In this document: positions 1 through 12,571 of the stretch, piece by piece
Position numbering within the stretch: the first letter of the stretch is position 1
Layout: the number at the start of each line of letters is the position of its first letter
Translations under genes and position numbers: made by a program
The notes under the pieces: generated by a model
Seen by the model: only the letters and a program-made list of their open reading frames with translations
Told to the model about the DNA's origin: nothing
Databases searched by the model: none
Assembly: GCF_030028105.1 (NCBI RefSeq)
Contig: NC_092376.1
Coordinates: forward strand, 132,244,230 to 132,308,229
Source of the DNA: Mobula birostris
Taxonomy: Eukaryota
Reading direction: 5' to 3'
Length of the DNA: 64,000 bases

Positions 1-1528
1 AGCTAACACTGCCACCCAGCTTCGTGTCATCCGCAAACTTGGAGATGCTGCATTTAATTCCCTCATCCAAGTTGTTAATATATATTGTAAACAACTGGGG
101 TCCCAGCACTGAGCCTTGCGGTACCCCACTAGTCACCGCCTGCCATTCTGAAAAGGTCCCGTTTATTCCCACTCTTTGCTTCCTGTCTGCTAACCAACTC
201 TCCACCCACACCAATACCTTACCCCCAATACCGTGTGCTTTAAGTTTGCACACTAATCTCCTGTGTGGGACCTTGTCAAAAGCCTTCTGAAAATCCAAAT
301 ATACCACATCCACTGGTTCTCCCCTATCCACTCTACTAGTTACATCCTCAAAAAATTCTATGAGATTCGTCAGACATGATTTTCCTTTCACAAATCCATG
401 CTGACTTTGTCCGATCATTTCACCACTTTCCAAATGTGCTGTTATCACATCCTTGATAACTGACTCCAGCAGTTTCCCCACCACCGACGTTAGGCTAACC
501 GGTCTATAATTCCCCGGTTTCTCTCTCCCTCCTTTTTTAAAAAGTGGAGTTACATTAGCCACCCTCCAATCCTCAGGAACTAGTCCAGAATCTAACAAGT
601 TTTGAAAAATTATCACTAATGCATCCACTATTTCTTGGGCTACTTCCTTAAGCACCCTGGGATGCAGACCATCTGGCCCTGGGGATTTATCTGCCTTCAA
701 TCCCTTCAATTTACCTAACACCACTTCCCTGCTAACATGTATTTCGCTCAGTTCCTCCATCTCACTGGACCCTCTGTCCCCTACTATTTCTGGAAGATTA
801 TTTATGTCCTCCTTAGTGAAGACAGAACCAAAGTAATTATTCAATTGGTCTGCCATGTCCTTGCTCCCCATAATCAATTCACCTGTTTCTGTCTGCAGGG
901 GACCTACATTTGTCTTTACCAGTCTTTTCCTTTTTACATATCTATAAAAGCTTTTACAGTCCGTTTTTATGTTGCCTGCCAGTTTTCTCTCATAATCTTT
1001 TTTCCCCTTCCTAATTAAGCCCTTTGTCCTCCTCTGCTGAACTCTGAATTTCTCCCAGTCCTCAGGTGAGCCACTTTCTCTGGCTAATTTGTATGCTGCT
1101 TCTTTGGAATTGATACTATCCCTAATTTCTCTTGTCAGCCACGGGTGCACTACCTTCCTTGATTTATTCTTTTGCCAAACAGGGATGAACATTTGTTGCA
1201 GTTCATCCATGCAACCTTTAAATGCTTGCCATTGCATATCCACCGTCAATCCTTTAAGTGTCATTTGCCAGTCTATCTTAGCTAATTCACCTCATACCTT
1301 CAAAGTTACCCCTCTTTAAGTTCAGAACCTTTGTTTCTGAATTAACTATGTTACTCTCCATCTTAATGAAGAATTCCACCATATTATGGTCACTCTTACC
1401 CAAGGGGCCTCTCACGACAAGATTGCTAATTAACCCTTCCTCATTGCTCAAAACCCAGTCCAGAATAGCCTGCTCTCTAGTCAGTTCCTCGACATGTTGG
1501 TTCAAAAAACCATCCCGCATGCATTCCA
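1..1528 (-). mobile_element. CR1-clade LINE, 5'-truncated ORF2 fragment (APE endonuclease C-terminus into RT), runs off the window start
   Basis: ORF 1287..1541 contains TREQAILDWVLSNE...LGKSDHNMVEF (APE motif). The minus strand near 1-130 encodes [13 protein letters not shown]...KFADDTK (RT). Confidence 0.95.
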
Positions 1529-1529
1529 T

Positions 1530-1558
1530 TATGCTAACCACTATGCTACCATGCTGCT
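1530..1558 (-). mobile_element. Remnant 5' head of a tRNA-derived (V-type) SINE
   Basis: Minus strand GCAGCATGGTAGCATAGTGGTTAGCATA is A-box-like and resembles the head of the SINE at 12157. Confidence 0.5.
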
Positions 1559-4500
1559 AAATGCATCATTAAATATCTGATAATGTATTTAGAATGTCTT
1601 GTTGAATAGTTAATCTTACAAATTGTAAGATGTAGGTATGAGGCTTGAGCATTAGACATGTAAGGATCTGGTGGAACGTAAGACTGTTATATTCTAGTCC
1701 TGTTTGTTCAACAATGATGACAGATAAATGAAGGAGGTGTCATGCATTTGACGCTGTCTAAGGTAGTGGTTCTTTTCATGGGATTCTGGCATTTGAAGAT
1801 GTGTTCACTGGCTTTGGCAATGCATATGAGTTAATTGAATGTTTTAATATCTTTAAACTTTAAATCACTGCCTTTTCTCTCTGCTTTAGAACCATAAGAC
1901 TGGAGGGCTGGCTGTTCCACTGGAGAGATGGGTAATGATCAGTCTTAACACTTTATCCACCAAGGTCTCTATGCATTACTTAAATCCATATAGCCTACTT
2001 CTCTCTTGCTATGCTATTCTTGAATATCTCCAAATCAGAATAAATTCCAAAATGATTACCAAAATGATGGTGCTTTTCCCCTTTAAAAGGGGGCAGGTTG
2101 GCCTGAATTAGCACCAGCTAGATTTAACCAGTCCTAGCTATTCATAAAATTGGGCTTCCTCTCGAGATAATAAGCCGGTGAATAGCACGATTAGTTCAGG
2201 CAGCACCTAGCAAATTGTGCAAATGAATAGGAAGCACAACGTTGGCTTGCTGTCTGCATCAGAAACTATGAGTGTAAATTGATCTCTAAATTTTGCATGA
2301 GTATCTCTGGGCTATTCAGCTTAACCTTTGTGTAATCTCCATCAGAATGTGGCCTTAATTGTGACTGGAAAGAGTGTTAACAGTATTTAATTGACATATT
2401 GAGAATTGGTATAATGATTGCTAGTTTATTTTCTCTTCATTTTTTCCATGGTTGATGTAAGTCTTAAAAAAAGTGGAACAAGGTATAATATTAACAGATT
2501 TTTAAAATAATGTTAGAATTAGGGCTGATTTAAAAAATATATATTTTCTGGAGTCCTGGCAAGGACACCACTTATAACTCATCCCTAGTTGTGGGTGTGA
2601 AGCTTGAGCAGTGAGAGAGTAAAAATGTGGTGGAATATATAACTGCTATGCTCTAGTACTGGTCAAGGGGAGTCGGTAAAGGAGTACTTTCCTTATTGTT
2701 GTTAGGATAGGAGTTCTAGAATTTTGTGTCAACAATAACAGAGGAGTATTTCCAAAGGAGGATTGTGTATGATATGGAGCAGACGGACATGCTGAAGTCA
2801 CCTTCTAACAATTGTCATTTAGAACACTCCTGTACAGAAGCCACGACCATGCATTCTGTAGGAGTGTCGACAAAAATCAATACGAGTGTAATTACTTCCA
2901 ACATACACTTTATCCCGACCGCAAACAAATGGTGACATTATATATAAGAAAAAGCCCCACCCCCAATACATAATAACATACAACACATAACAAACATGGT
3001 GAACTTAACCCTTAACAGTCTGGGTAAATTCTGCCTAATGAAATTAAGGCGTCCCTACAATTCCATCGAACTTTGTAACCATGCTTTACTGGTAATAGAT
3101 AGAGTGAATGCCCAAGATAGTGAACAGAATGCTAATCCACCTGGATAATACAATATGTTTTGTGTGTTATACACCCACAGTTATTGTGGCAAATGGAGTG
3201 TGCTCCATTGGTGCCTGACTTTGCCTTGAAGATGAAAAGGCCTAAGGAACTTTGGATCTGAGTCAGTCATTGTATCAAACCAAATTTCTGACCTGCCTTA
3301 CAGCCATTTTATTTTTGTGGTTGGTACAGTTATATTTCTGGTCAACGACAAAAACATTTCAATAATGTTCCATTGATGTGACCATTAACATTTGCATCTT
3401 GGCTTGATTTGTTTTAGTTCGTCCATATATTCCTGATGTGCCTCAGAAACACATTTGTTAGGTAATGCTAATGAAAAATTTCTTGGGATGTTTAACTACA
3501 TTAAATAAATGTTATCAATCCAAGTTGCTTGTTTAGAGAAAGCTGAATGAAGGAGGGGCAATTCAAAACTAAACAAAGATGTTTGCAAAAGTGTTCTCCG
3601 AGCATTGGGACTGCCAACAGGATTGCTATGAACTTGTGTAATGTTCATTCCCTGATTTGGATGGTAGTGGATGAACCACTTGCATAATCACAAAATTTCC
3701 TTCATGTTAAGCATGGTGAGCTTCAACTAATCATTGATCTGGTATTGATAGACTATTGCTTGTTGTGAGTTTACCCACTATAAGGTGAAAACAATATTGA
3801 GAGAACTGTCTTCTGTATTAATTTGGTTGATTTACTCTGCATTGATCTCATTGATTGGACAGATAGTCAATAACGAAATGCAATATTTGGTTTTATGATT
3901 AAACCTTGAGATAAAAATTTCTTGGCAAGAAACAACATTAGGAATAAACACTCAGCAGGTCAGACAACATATGAGGATAGAGTGATAGCTGGACTGCATG
4001 TTAATGATTCTTCTTTACATTGATTCTGTCTGGCCTGCTGAATGTCTGTAACATTACCTGTTTTTATTAAGGATTGCCAGATCTGCAGTTTTAGAAAAAT
4101 TCCATATTTTTGAAACATAAATCTTGTCAGAATTGGAAGTAGTCTGACAACGCTTGGGTGAAATTTAAAAAAAATAAAATCACTTTTAAGGATTACCTAT
4201 GCTTCAAGAATTCGAATTCCCATTGCATTGGAATGACAGGGTTTTATGAGATATTTGGATGGCAGATGAAAAAGGAATCTCCTGGAACTAAAAGAAAGTT
4301 GGGAAAGTTTGTAATATAGCTAACTTAAGTGTCATACAAATTAGAAAGTGATCTTAGGAAAATAGGCCAGTACTGCAGGTGGCTTAAAGGTCACTTAGAA
4401 AGAATGTAGTGCTACTTAGATTATGGGAGTGTTTAGATTGCAGAACATAGCTACCTCGAACAAAGGGAAACAAAAATGGAGTTTGTGAAATACGAGTAAT

Positions 4501-5102
4501 TGGAGGAAAACTGACTGTTAGGCCGACCCAGTCGCAACAGAAGAACAAGACCATCAATCAGAAACACAGTTGCAGGGAGAATGAGGGCAATTCTTGTCTG
4601 GCAAGGGAAGCAAATCCCATTTGTCAGGAAGTTAGAGGCAACCCTTACAGAGTTAAAACAATGATCCACTACGAAGTGGGTTATTGATGAAGCAGTGGAA
4701 TTCACATGTAGCTATTAGTAATCTGAACACTATAAATTGCTGCAAGTGTTTCGGGCCACTAGATTATCTTTGTGGTCTCACTTGAATTGCTCCCCAGTGT
4801 ACACTGTAACAGGACCTGAATAAATCAACTTATTTGAGAAACCCGCTTCTGCGGGGAAAAGGAAATTTCCTTTGTGTGCTATCCAAATCAGAGGCATAAT
4901 TAAGAGGGAGACTGTGCCCACATAAATGCCAGATTCAGGATGCAAGCTTAATATAAACTAGACAACCGGGTGACCCGTTGGGGCACCCTTTGACGGAAAG
5001 GTAGAATAGTCTGATGTGATGTGCTTTGGAAATTAAAGAAGAAAAAGACCAGTTTATTAAAGAAGAAAGACAAGTAGCAAGACAAATATAGCTCCTCCTC
5101 GT

Positions 5103-6464
5103 TTAATGAAGGACATTTTTGATGACAACATTTCTGGCTGTTCCGCCACCCTTCAAAAATATTCTAACGTTTTCATTTCTTTTTCCCTGGCTTAAAGCCA
5201 CAAACAGCTGACCATGCTGGAATACCGATTTCTCCAAATAAACCAACACATTCTCCATGGTTTGGCCTTGCACCTTATGTATAGTCATAGCAAAGCATAA
5301 CTGTATCGAGAACTGGCTCCGCTGACGAGGGACATCTTCCCCTTCTGATAAATTGAGAGTAATTCTTGGGATCATGACAATGTCATTTTTGAATGCACCA
5401 ATGTTTATCTTTGCTACAATGAGATCATTGTGCAGTTCTTCCACCATCATTCGCATTCCATTGCAAAGCCTTGGTGGATCCAAGTTCCTCTTTGAAATGA
5501 TGGGAGATCCCCTCTTCAATTCCAGTTTATGTGGTGACAATCCAGAGAGTTCGACCGAATCAAGGAATTCTATTGGAAAATGAGTGGTGTTAGCTCATTC
5601 AGTTATGGCATTGAAGGAACAGTATTCTTTCATGATTCCAGGGAAGCATCTAATGCATGTGAAGTTCATTTATCGCATCATGTCATTGAGAGGAACCAAG
5701 ATAGAATTCCTTGAGAACAGTTCTGCAGGATTGTCCAATGTCGGGGAGATGATATCAATGCATTCTTCCATAGTTTTTGCTGGCAGAATCATATCTTCAG
5801 GTAATTCAATTTCATAGTTTTCATTTTTCTCAATTTTGTCTTCTCCAACATCCAATAAGAACTCAGTATATCATCCTTCTCCCTCACTCAATTGCATGTT
5901 TCTCTTCAATTGAAACTTGAAGCTTCTCTACACGTAGGACTTTTTTATGCACGAATTCTCCACATCAGCGTCATTTCCGCGTTTCACAACTGCTAGAAGC
6001 TGACAGAAATCACCATAGCAAATGGTTAAAATACCCCCGAAGGCCTCATTCTTGCCGCATACATCATGAAGAGACCGGTCCATGGCTTTGAAGCTCTCCC
6101 TCCTAATCATAGGGCACTCATCCCAGACAACAAGCCTCACATTTTGGAGTACATTTGCAGTATTGGTGTTTTTATTGATGTTACAAAGGGCATCTTCATT
6201 GCCTTTGAGGGGTATTTGGAATATTGAATGTGCTGTCCTACCACCAGGCATCAATGTTGCTGCAATACCTTATGATGCTACAGCAATACTTGACAATGCT
6301 ACAGCAATAGCAACACCTCCATCTCCCCTCACTTTAGCAAGAATCAAGTTGATGATAAATGTCTTGCCCATTCCTCCTGGTGCATCAATGAAAATCATTG
6401 AAGAGAAATTCCTTTCCATGCAGTCACACACATATTCATATACTTCTCTTTGCTCATTTTTCAA
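5103..6464 (-). pseudogene. Helitron PIF1-family (SF1) helicase domain, disrupted by stops and frameshifts
   Basis: ORF pieces carry FIDAPGGMGKT (motif I), GGRTAHSIF, VVWDECPM (II), FGG...GDFCQL (III), RNLDPPRLCNG, FAMTIHKVQGQT and HGQLFVALS. Confidence 0.93.
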
Positions 6465-6595
6465 TAGGGTACTCTTTGCCGCATATTATCGAGTTGATCT
6501 TTCCTTTTCTCCTCTGTCTCTTCCTCTCTCCTCCTTCTCTGCCGGTTTTGGTCATTCTAGAGACACGCACCCTTTCATCCTTCATCCCTTCACCT

Positions 6596-6951
6596 TGTTG
6601 CAAGGACATGGCTGGGGGTGAACCCAAGTGCAGGACACAGATGCTGAGGCAGAGTCGTAGGTGTTAGCACCACCGTGAACGGGGAGCTGGTATCCGGGAA
6701 GATGATGCAAAGCTTAGAACTAACAGTTCTCAGGAATAGGAGACAAGGTTTACTCTCACAAGAGTCAACCAACAAACTGGCAACTTATTGCTGTGGTCAC
6801 AGGGTTTTTATCCTGCCGTTTGATGGGAAGCAGGTGCGTGTAGTTAGTGGAACCTGGGAATGATTGCAATCTAAATGAGGTGATTGAGGCCCAATCCTTG
6901 AGGCAAATGGCAAGGTGGGGGATTGCCAGAAAGGACCATGACAGTATGACA
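6596..6951 (-). repeat. 3' LTR of the nested Gypsy element (~356 bp)
   Basis: Begins TGTCAT just after the polypurine tract and ends ...GCAACA on the minus strand. The distal boundary is inferred from TG...CA only. Confidence 0.7.
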
Positions 6952-8852
6952 GTACCCCCCCGCCCCCCCAATGGGAGCCTCCAGGCGATCCTCCAGGCCT
7001 GTCTGGATGGTCCCAATGAAAATCCTGGATGAGGGAAGGGTCTAGGATGAAGAAGCAGGGGACCCAGGAACACTCTTCTGGACCGTACCCTTCCCAGTCC
7101 ACCAGGTATTGGAGACGCCTGCCACGATGGCGCACATTTAGTAGTCGTCGGACGGTGTATGCTGGATGGTTGATGATACGGGCAGGTGGGGGAGTCTCGG
7201 CTGGGGGACACAGCGGGCTGATGGAAATTGGCTTTAATTGAGACACATGAAAGGTTGGGTGGATGCGCATGGATCTAGGCAGCTTTAGGCGGACCGCTGT
7301 GAGATTGATTCCCCTTTCAACCTTGAATGGTCCCAGGAAGCGAGGGGCGAGTTTTCTATGTTCGTTCTTGAGCGGGATATCCTTGGAGGCCAGTCACACC
7401 ATCTGCCCAGTGTGGTAATCCGGCGCCAGAATGTGGTGTCGGTCGGCTGTCTTCTTATTTCGATTTGTTGATTTGAACAGGGCTGTGTGTGTCTCCTCCC
7501 AAATCTTAAGGCACCAATTAATATGGTCCTGAACCGACAGTACTGCGATCTCTTCTTGCGCGGGAAACAGAGGGGGTTGGAACCCAAGGGAGCACTCGAA
7601 CGGAGACCTCCCAGTGGCTGAGCTCACCAGAGAGTTGTGGGCGTACTCAACCCACGGGAGGTGGTCGCTCCAGGTCGATGGGATGTTTGCTGTTACGCAA
7701 TGAAGCGTCGCCTCCAGGGGGGTGGTTAGCGGCTCGTGAGGTATTCCTGCCTGGGTGGCGATCTCTTTGTCCAACAGATTGCCCTCAGCACCAGAATCCA
7801 CCAAGGCGGATAGGGTCAGGGACTGTTGCTGGTAATGCACGGTTGCTGGGATCTGCATCCGAGCCTGGGTTGCTGAAGGGAGTATCATTCGGCTTACCAG
7901 AGCTCCCTTTCTCGCTGTTGAGCACCCCCCCACCCCCGCCCTTTTGGCTGCTGAGGACAGGTATCCCGGAAATGTCTTGGCTGGCCACAATAGTAGCAAT
8001 CCCCAGCTCTCCTCCTTCGAATTAGTTTGGCCGGGGAGAGACGGTTCCATCCCAGCTGCATTGGTTCCTCCCCTAAGGGGGTGGGGACAGTCGGAGCAGG
8101 AGCCACCCTGGGAGCGGCTGGGGAAGGAGGCCTGGCTGAGACTAGTAAGGTGGGCTGTGGGCTTTATCCTTTATCTTGTCCGAGAGGCCCTGTCGAAACA
8201 CCTCCCGGAGGGCCTCGTCATTCCACCCGGAGTCTGAGGCTAAGGTCTGGAACTCAATGGCATACTTGGCCACACTTCGCAAAGCTTGACAAAGAGTAAG
8301 CAACCACTTCGCAGCGTCCTTACCCGGAATGGATTGCTCAAATAATTTCCTCATTTCTGCGAGGAAGGAGGAATAGGAGGAACAAATCTCTGGTCAGTTG
8401 TCCCATATGGCGTTTGCCCAAGCCAAGGCATCCCCTCGTAGCAGCCCAATGATGTATGCAATCTTTGACTTATCGGAAGTGTACGTACGTGGCTGCAGTT
8501 CAAAGACTAGGGAGCATTGTAATAGGAAAGCCCGGCACCTAGCTAGGTCCCCAGCATAGGGTTTGGGCTTAGGTACATACCGCTCTTGAGGGGATAGTGT
8601 TGCTGATTCCAGGGGCGAAGCCATCCCAAGCAGTGCGGTTTGGGTAGCCGGGGTTCTTGGAGGGGATGGAGGAAAAGAAGCAGAGAGTCGGTCCACTTGT
8701 TCACTGACCTTCTGCACAGTCGTGGATAGTGTCCAAAGGGTTTCCGTGATCTCCTGAAGTAGTCGGTCATGGGCACCCAATAGGTAGCCCTGGCTGGCCA
8801 GGGCCTGTTACACGGGGTCTGTGTCCACTGGGTTCATGCTTGGCCAGTTCTC
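6596..8852 (-). mobile_element. Ty3/Gypsy chromovirus (sushi-like) LTR retrotransposon, internally deleted, 5' LTR absent, nested in the Helitron
   Basis: gag from ATG 8837 with PKPYAGD...CRAFLLQC, zinc knuckle [14 protein letters not shown], protease ALVDSGA, integrase C-terminus [24 protein letters not shown], chromodomain [16 protein letters not shown]-rich PPT ~6955-6970, then LTR. Confidence 0.93.
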
Positions 8853-9189
8853 ATGAAAGGTGGAATCGGCTCTGTGAGCATCGTGAGGCGCTGCTGAGGC
8901 TGGCCGTGTGCATGCGTCGTGGTGTCGCATCGCGGTTTCCATGGAAGGTGGAATCCGCTCAGGTCGTGGAAAGCGGGGCCTGTAGATTGACGAGTGAGCA
9001 ATTTTATACGAATAAGTAACCCTGAACTTTCATGCATTCTGTAAGTTAGCACATTTAAAGTCGATTTAGTCAAAAAAAGTGCCACTGTAATGCATCTCGT
9101 GCTAATTGGAGGTCAAAAACAGACAAACAGACAAACAGAGCCTGAGAATTTTAGTAGTATATAGATAATCCTTCGACATCAACCGCAGC

Positions 9190-9365
9190 ACAAACAAAAT
9201 GCTGGAGGCACTTAGCATTTCAGGCAGCATCTCTGGAGTCTAGCCCTGATAAGGGTCTTGGCCCAAAACATAGTCTGCGTATTTTCTTCCATACAGGCTA
9301 TCTGAGCTGCCGAGTTTCTCCAGCATTTTGTGTGTTTTGCTCAAGCACCTGCAGAATCTCCTGAG
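9190..9365. mobile_element. Penelope-like element terminal foldback with decayed hammerhead
   Basis: Inverted arms ACAAAATGCTGGAG...CTCCAGCATTTTGT flank CTGATAAGGGTCTTGGCCCAAAAC. Confidence 0.8.
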
Positions 9366-9539
9366 CCTTCTTCACAACAGTATTGGCAATATGATCAATG
9401 CAAGCTGATGGAATGGTGAGGTGTGAAAGATGGCTTGGAGAATAGCATACAAACTCTCATTGGCCCAGTGAGCAGGATCACATCTCAAAGTTGGCTGCAG
9501 TTCCATCCAGCATCCTTGTCTGCTGGCTATTACAGACCT

Positions 9540-9975
9540 TAGTCAGTCTGGATTGGCACAACATTTCCTCCATGATCTCCATCAGCACAGCTGCACCACA
9601 AGGCTGTGTGTTTAGTCCCCTGCTTTATTTGCTTTACTCTAATGACTGTGGCTCAGCACAGCTCCAAATCCATATTCAAGCTTGCTGATGATACCGCTGT
9701 TATAGGCTGAATCAAAATCAAAAGTGGTGATGAATCAGCATATAGGAGGGAAATTGAAAATCTGGCTGAGAGTTTGCCTAACAACAACCTCTGACTCAAC
9801 ATCAGCAAGACCAAGGAGCTGATTATAGACTGCAGGAGAAGAAAACCCGAGGTCCATGAGCCAGTCCTTGTTATGGTTATTATTCTATAGATTTATTGAT
9901 ATACCCACAAGAAAATGAATCTTAGAGTTGTATATGGAGACATTTATGTGCTTTGATAAGAAAATTTACTTTGAA
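9540..9975 (+). mobile_element. Rex1/Babar-type LINE RT fragment joined to its 3' tail
   Basis: STAAPQGCVFSPLLYLLYSND and KLADDT motifs, followed by the tail AAGAAAATGAATCTTAGAGTTGTATATGG...TTTACTTTGAA. Confidence 0.8.
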
Positions 9976-11367
9976 TGTTTTATTACTGGCCATTTGCAGT
10001 CACTTCTCTGCTTTCCCTAAGGCAATTTCAGCTGTTATCTTTTGCCATGATGCACTTATTATACTGTTGAAATCTATTCTCATCAATGTAATAAATATAT
10101 CCACATCAATGAACTTAATCAATCATGCAAAAAGTTGTTCATACACTTCTATTTTTTTAAAACTCATAATGCTTAATCATTGGTTTTGGCTGAATGTATG
10201 CAGCGCCGCATTTTAGATGCTTTACAATTCAATTCAAAGAAAAGTGGAATTAATAAGATCATCCAAATTCCACAATGTTTATGATTTTATTTCTGTGAAC
10301 TTCATACAATGCACATGTTAAGATTCCAAGTCCATAATTTTCCATCAGAGTGTGTAGCTCTTTTTAACTTTGAGTCATTCATGCCTTAACAGTGTCTGTA
10401 TGACCTATGTTAAGTCCTAGTTGCTTGCTGAGAAGTTGCCTTGTTTGGGTCCTATTTGAGGGAGATACATACTTGCTCTCTTTTGGGCCCCATCATAAAC
10501 TGAACCCGTCTCACAAATTCCCAAGCCAAACACACCCAAGCTTTGAGCCTCTGCAACAATTAAATTCCCATCACGACTTCACAATACTCGCCCTCCACCA
10601 CAACCATTAGCTTCCCCAGCCCGATCCTCCATCACCATCCTTATACCAGGTGTCCCAAAACTATTAAACCTGATTATCAATCCTCTAGCTATCAGTCCCT
10701 CCAAAATCAATTGCACATTCTGCAAATGATTTATAACAGATGATGAATATTAAAAATTGTAAAGGCCTTATCTATTTTACTATACGTTAATATTTTGTAT
10801 TAAGCCTTCCTGAAACAAAGCTTTAAAAATTTAATGTGCTGTCTGTTGAAGTCCATCATAGAAAGGAGAAAAAATAAATCCCTCAAAAGATAAGTGATTC
10901 CTCTTTAACTTTTCAAATTACGTGGCTGCACAGATTAGATGCTGCAAATGTCTGCAACCCACGCTCAAAGACTTTGTGCAGCCTCACCGCAGAGAACATT
11001 TCAAAAGCTTCGTTAAGGATGTGCTTGATGTAAAAAATTTAGATGAAAAATTAAGCAGAATTAACAGAAAAAATCTATTATTAATAAGTCTCCTTCCCCA
11101 GTCCTATTATAACAGTTGAAAATTGTTCTCTATTAGGACTTCATAATTATGTAAATAAAAGGCACAATGAGTTATTGATGTGGGATATGTTTTGGAATGT
11201 TTGTGTGTTTACACAGCTGTTTCTTAATAAATGTACAATTTACCAGCTACCTCTGAGGCATCCTGTAGTATTAAACATTATGGAAATATAATGAGAATCA
11301 TTCATAAATTTTCAGGATATTAGTTTTATAGACATGCCATGAAACAATTTTTCAGAAATACTTCTTC

Positions 11368-11890
11368 AGTCAAGTCAAGTCAAGTCAAGTCACTTTATTG
11401 TCATTTCAACCATAACTGCTGGTACAGAACATAGTAAAAATGAGACAATGTTTTTCAGGACCATGGTGCTACATGAAACAATACAAAAACTACACTGAAC
11501 TATGTAAAACAACACAAAACTACACTAGACTACAGACCTATCCAGGACTGCATAAAGTGCACAAAACAGTGCAGGCACTACAATAAATAATAATAAATAA
11601 TAAACAAGACAGTAGGCACAGTAGAGGGCAGTAGGTTGGTGTCAGTCCAGGCTCTGGGTATTGAGGAGTCTGATGGCTTGGGGGAAGAAACTGTTACATA
11701 GTCTTGTCGTGAGAGCCCGAATGCTTCGGTGCCTTTTTCCAGATGGCAGGAGGGAGAAGAGTTTATATGAAGGGTGCGTGGGGTCCTTCATAATGCTGTT
11801 TGCTTTACGGATGCAGCGTGTGGTGTAAATGTCTGTGATGGTGGGAAGAGAGACCCCGATGATCTTCTCAGCTGACCTCACTATCCGCTA
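11368..11890 (-). mobile_element. Rex1/Babar-type LINE 3' end with (CTTGA)n tail, young
   Basis: ORF 11642..11881 encodes KDPTHPSYKLFSLLPSGKR...NSFFPQAIRLLN. (CAAGT)4 at 11371-11390. Confidence 0.9.
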
Positions 11891-12156
11891 CAGGCCACTG
11901 CAATTTAAGTGGACACTGTCAACAAAATGCAAATCTCAGAAACTGCTTTTAGTAAATGTATTTTCGGGCCCAAAGGCATCCTGTGGGATACTAGTGATCA
12001 ACAGTTAGGTCCCTCCCATTCTCTTTCCCCAGGACAGCACCAACCAAGTTTTGTTGTTGGTGAAGCAGGATGCCAAAGTTTGACCCAATGTAAAGATTGG
12101 GATGGTATCTGCTTATTCTGAATATTCATAAGTCACAAAATGAACTGGATAGAACA

Positions 12157-12398
12157 GGGCAGCAAGAACCGTAGTGGTTACCACAATGCTTTACAGTACA
12201 GGTGACATGGGTTCAATTCCCACCACTCCCTGTAAGGAGTTTCTATGTTGTCCCTGTGACCGTGTGGCTTTCCTCCCACATTCCAAAGACGTACCGATTG
12301 ATTGGTCATTGTAACTAGGCTAGGATTAAACTGGGAGATTGCTGGACAGTGTGGCTGGAAGAGCTTACTCAGCCCTATTATGTCAATAAATAAATAAA
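12157..12398 (+). mobile_element. tRNA-derived V-type SINE (HE1-like)
   Basis: A-box-like GTAGTGGTTA, B-box GGTTCAATTCC, core GGAGTTT...TTTCCTCCCACATTCCAAAGAC and (TAAA)n tail. Confidence 0.75.
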
Positions 12399-12571
12399 CA
12401 AATGAAGTGGGCTTTTGATCACTGAAAAAGCACAAAGAAATCTCAACTAACCCAACTCTCTCCCCAGAGGAAATAATTTAAGGATGTTAATGAGGCAAAC
12501 ACTGAAGATTCTGATGCAAAGTTTAGCAGAAGGCTGACCTAAGATTTGGATTGACCAGGTATAAAACTATA

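Larger units (their letters stand above)
4958..9165 (-). mobile_element. Helitron, non-autonomous (Rep domain deleted), both termini intact
   Basis: 5' end TCTATATACTACTAAAA at 9165 is preceded by A. 3' end has a GC-rich hairpin (4968-4988, 9-bp stem with 1 mismatch), 6 nt, then CTAG (4961-4958) followed by T. This is an A|T target with no TSD. PIF1 helicase remnants lie inside. Confidence 0.93.

Noticed and set aside
2857-3017. Short TG...CA segment resembling a solo LTR
   Set aside because: There is no target-site duplication and no second copy in the window.
4310-4922. LTR-like segment with AATAAA ending in CCACA next to the Helitron
   Set aside because: I found no matching inverted 5' terminus or TSD, so the boundaries cannot be supported.
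5103-6464. Host PIF1 helicase gene
   Set aside because: It is intronless, broken into several frames, and enclosed by Helitron termini.
6797-8837. Domesticated PEG10/RTL-like gag-protease gene
   Set aside because: There is a stop at gag codon 10, further stops and frameshifts, a retained LTR and PPT, and it sits inside a Helitron.
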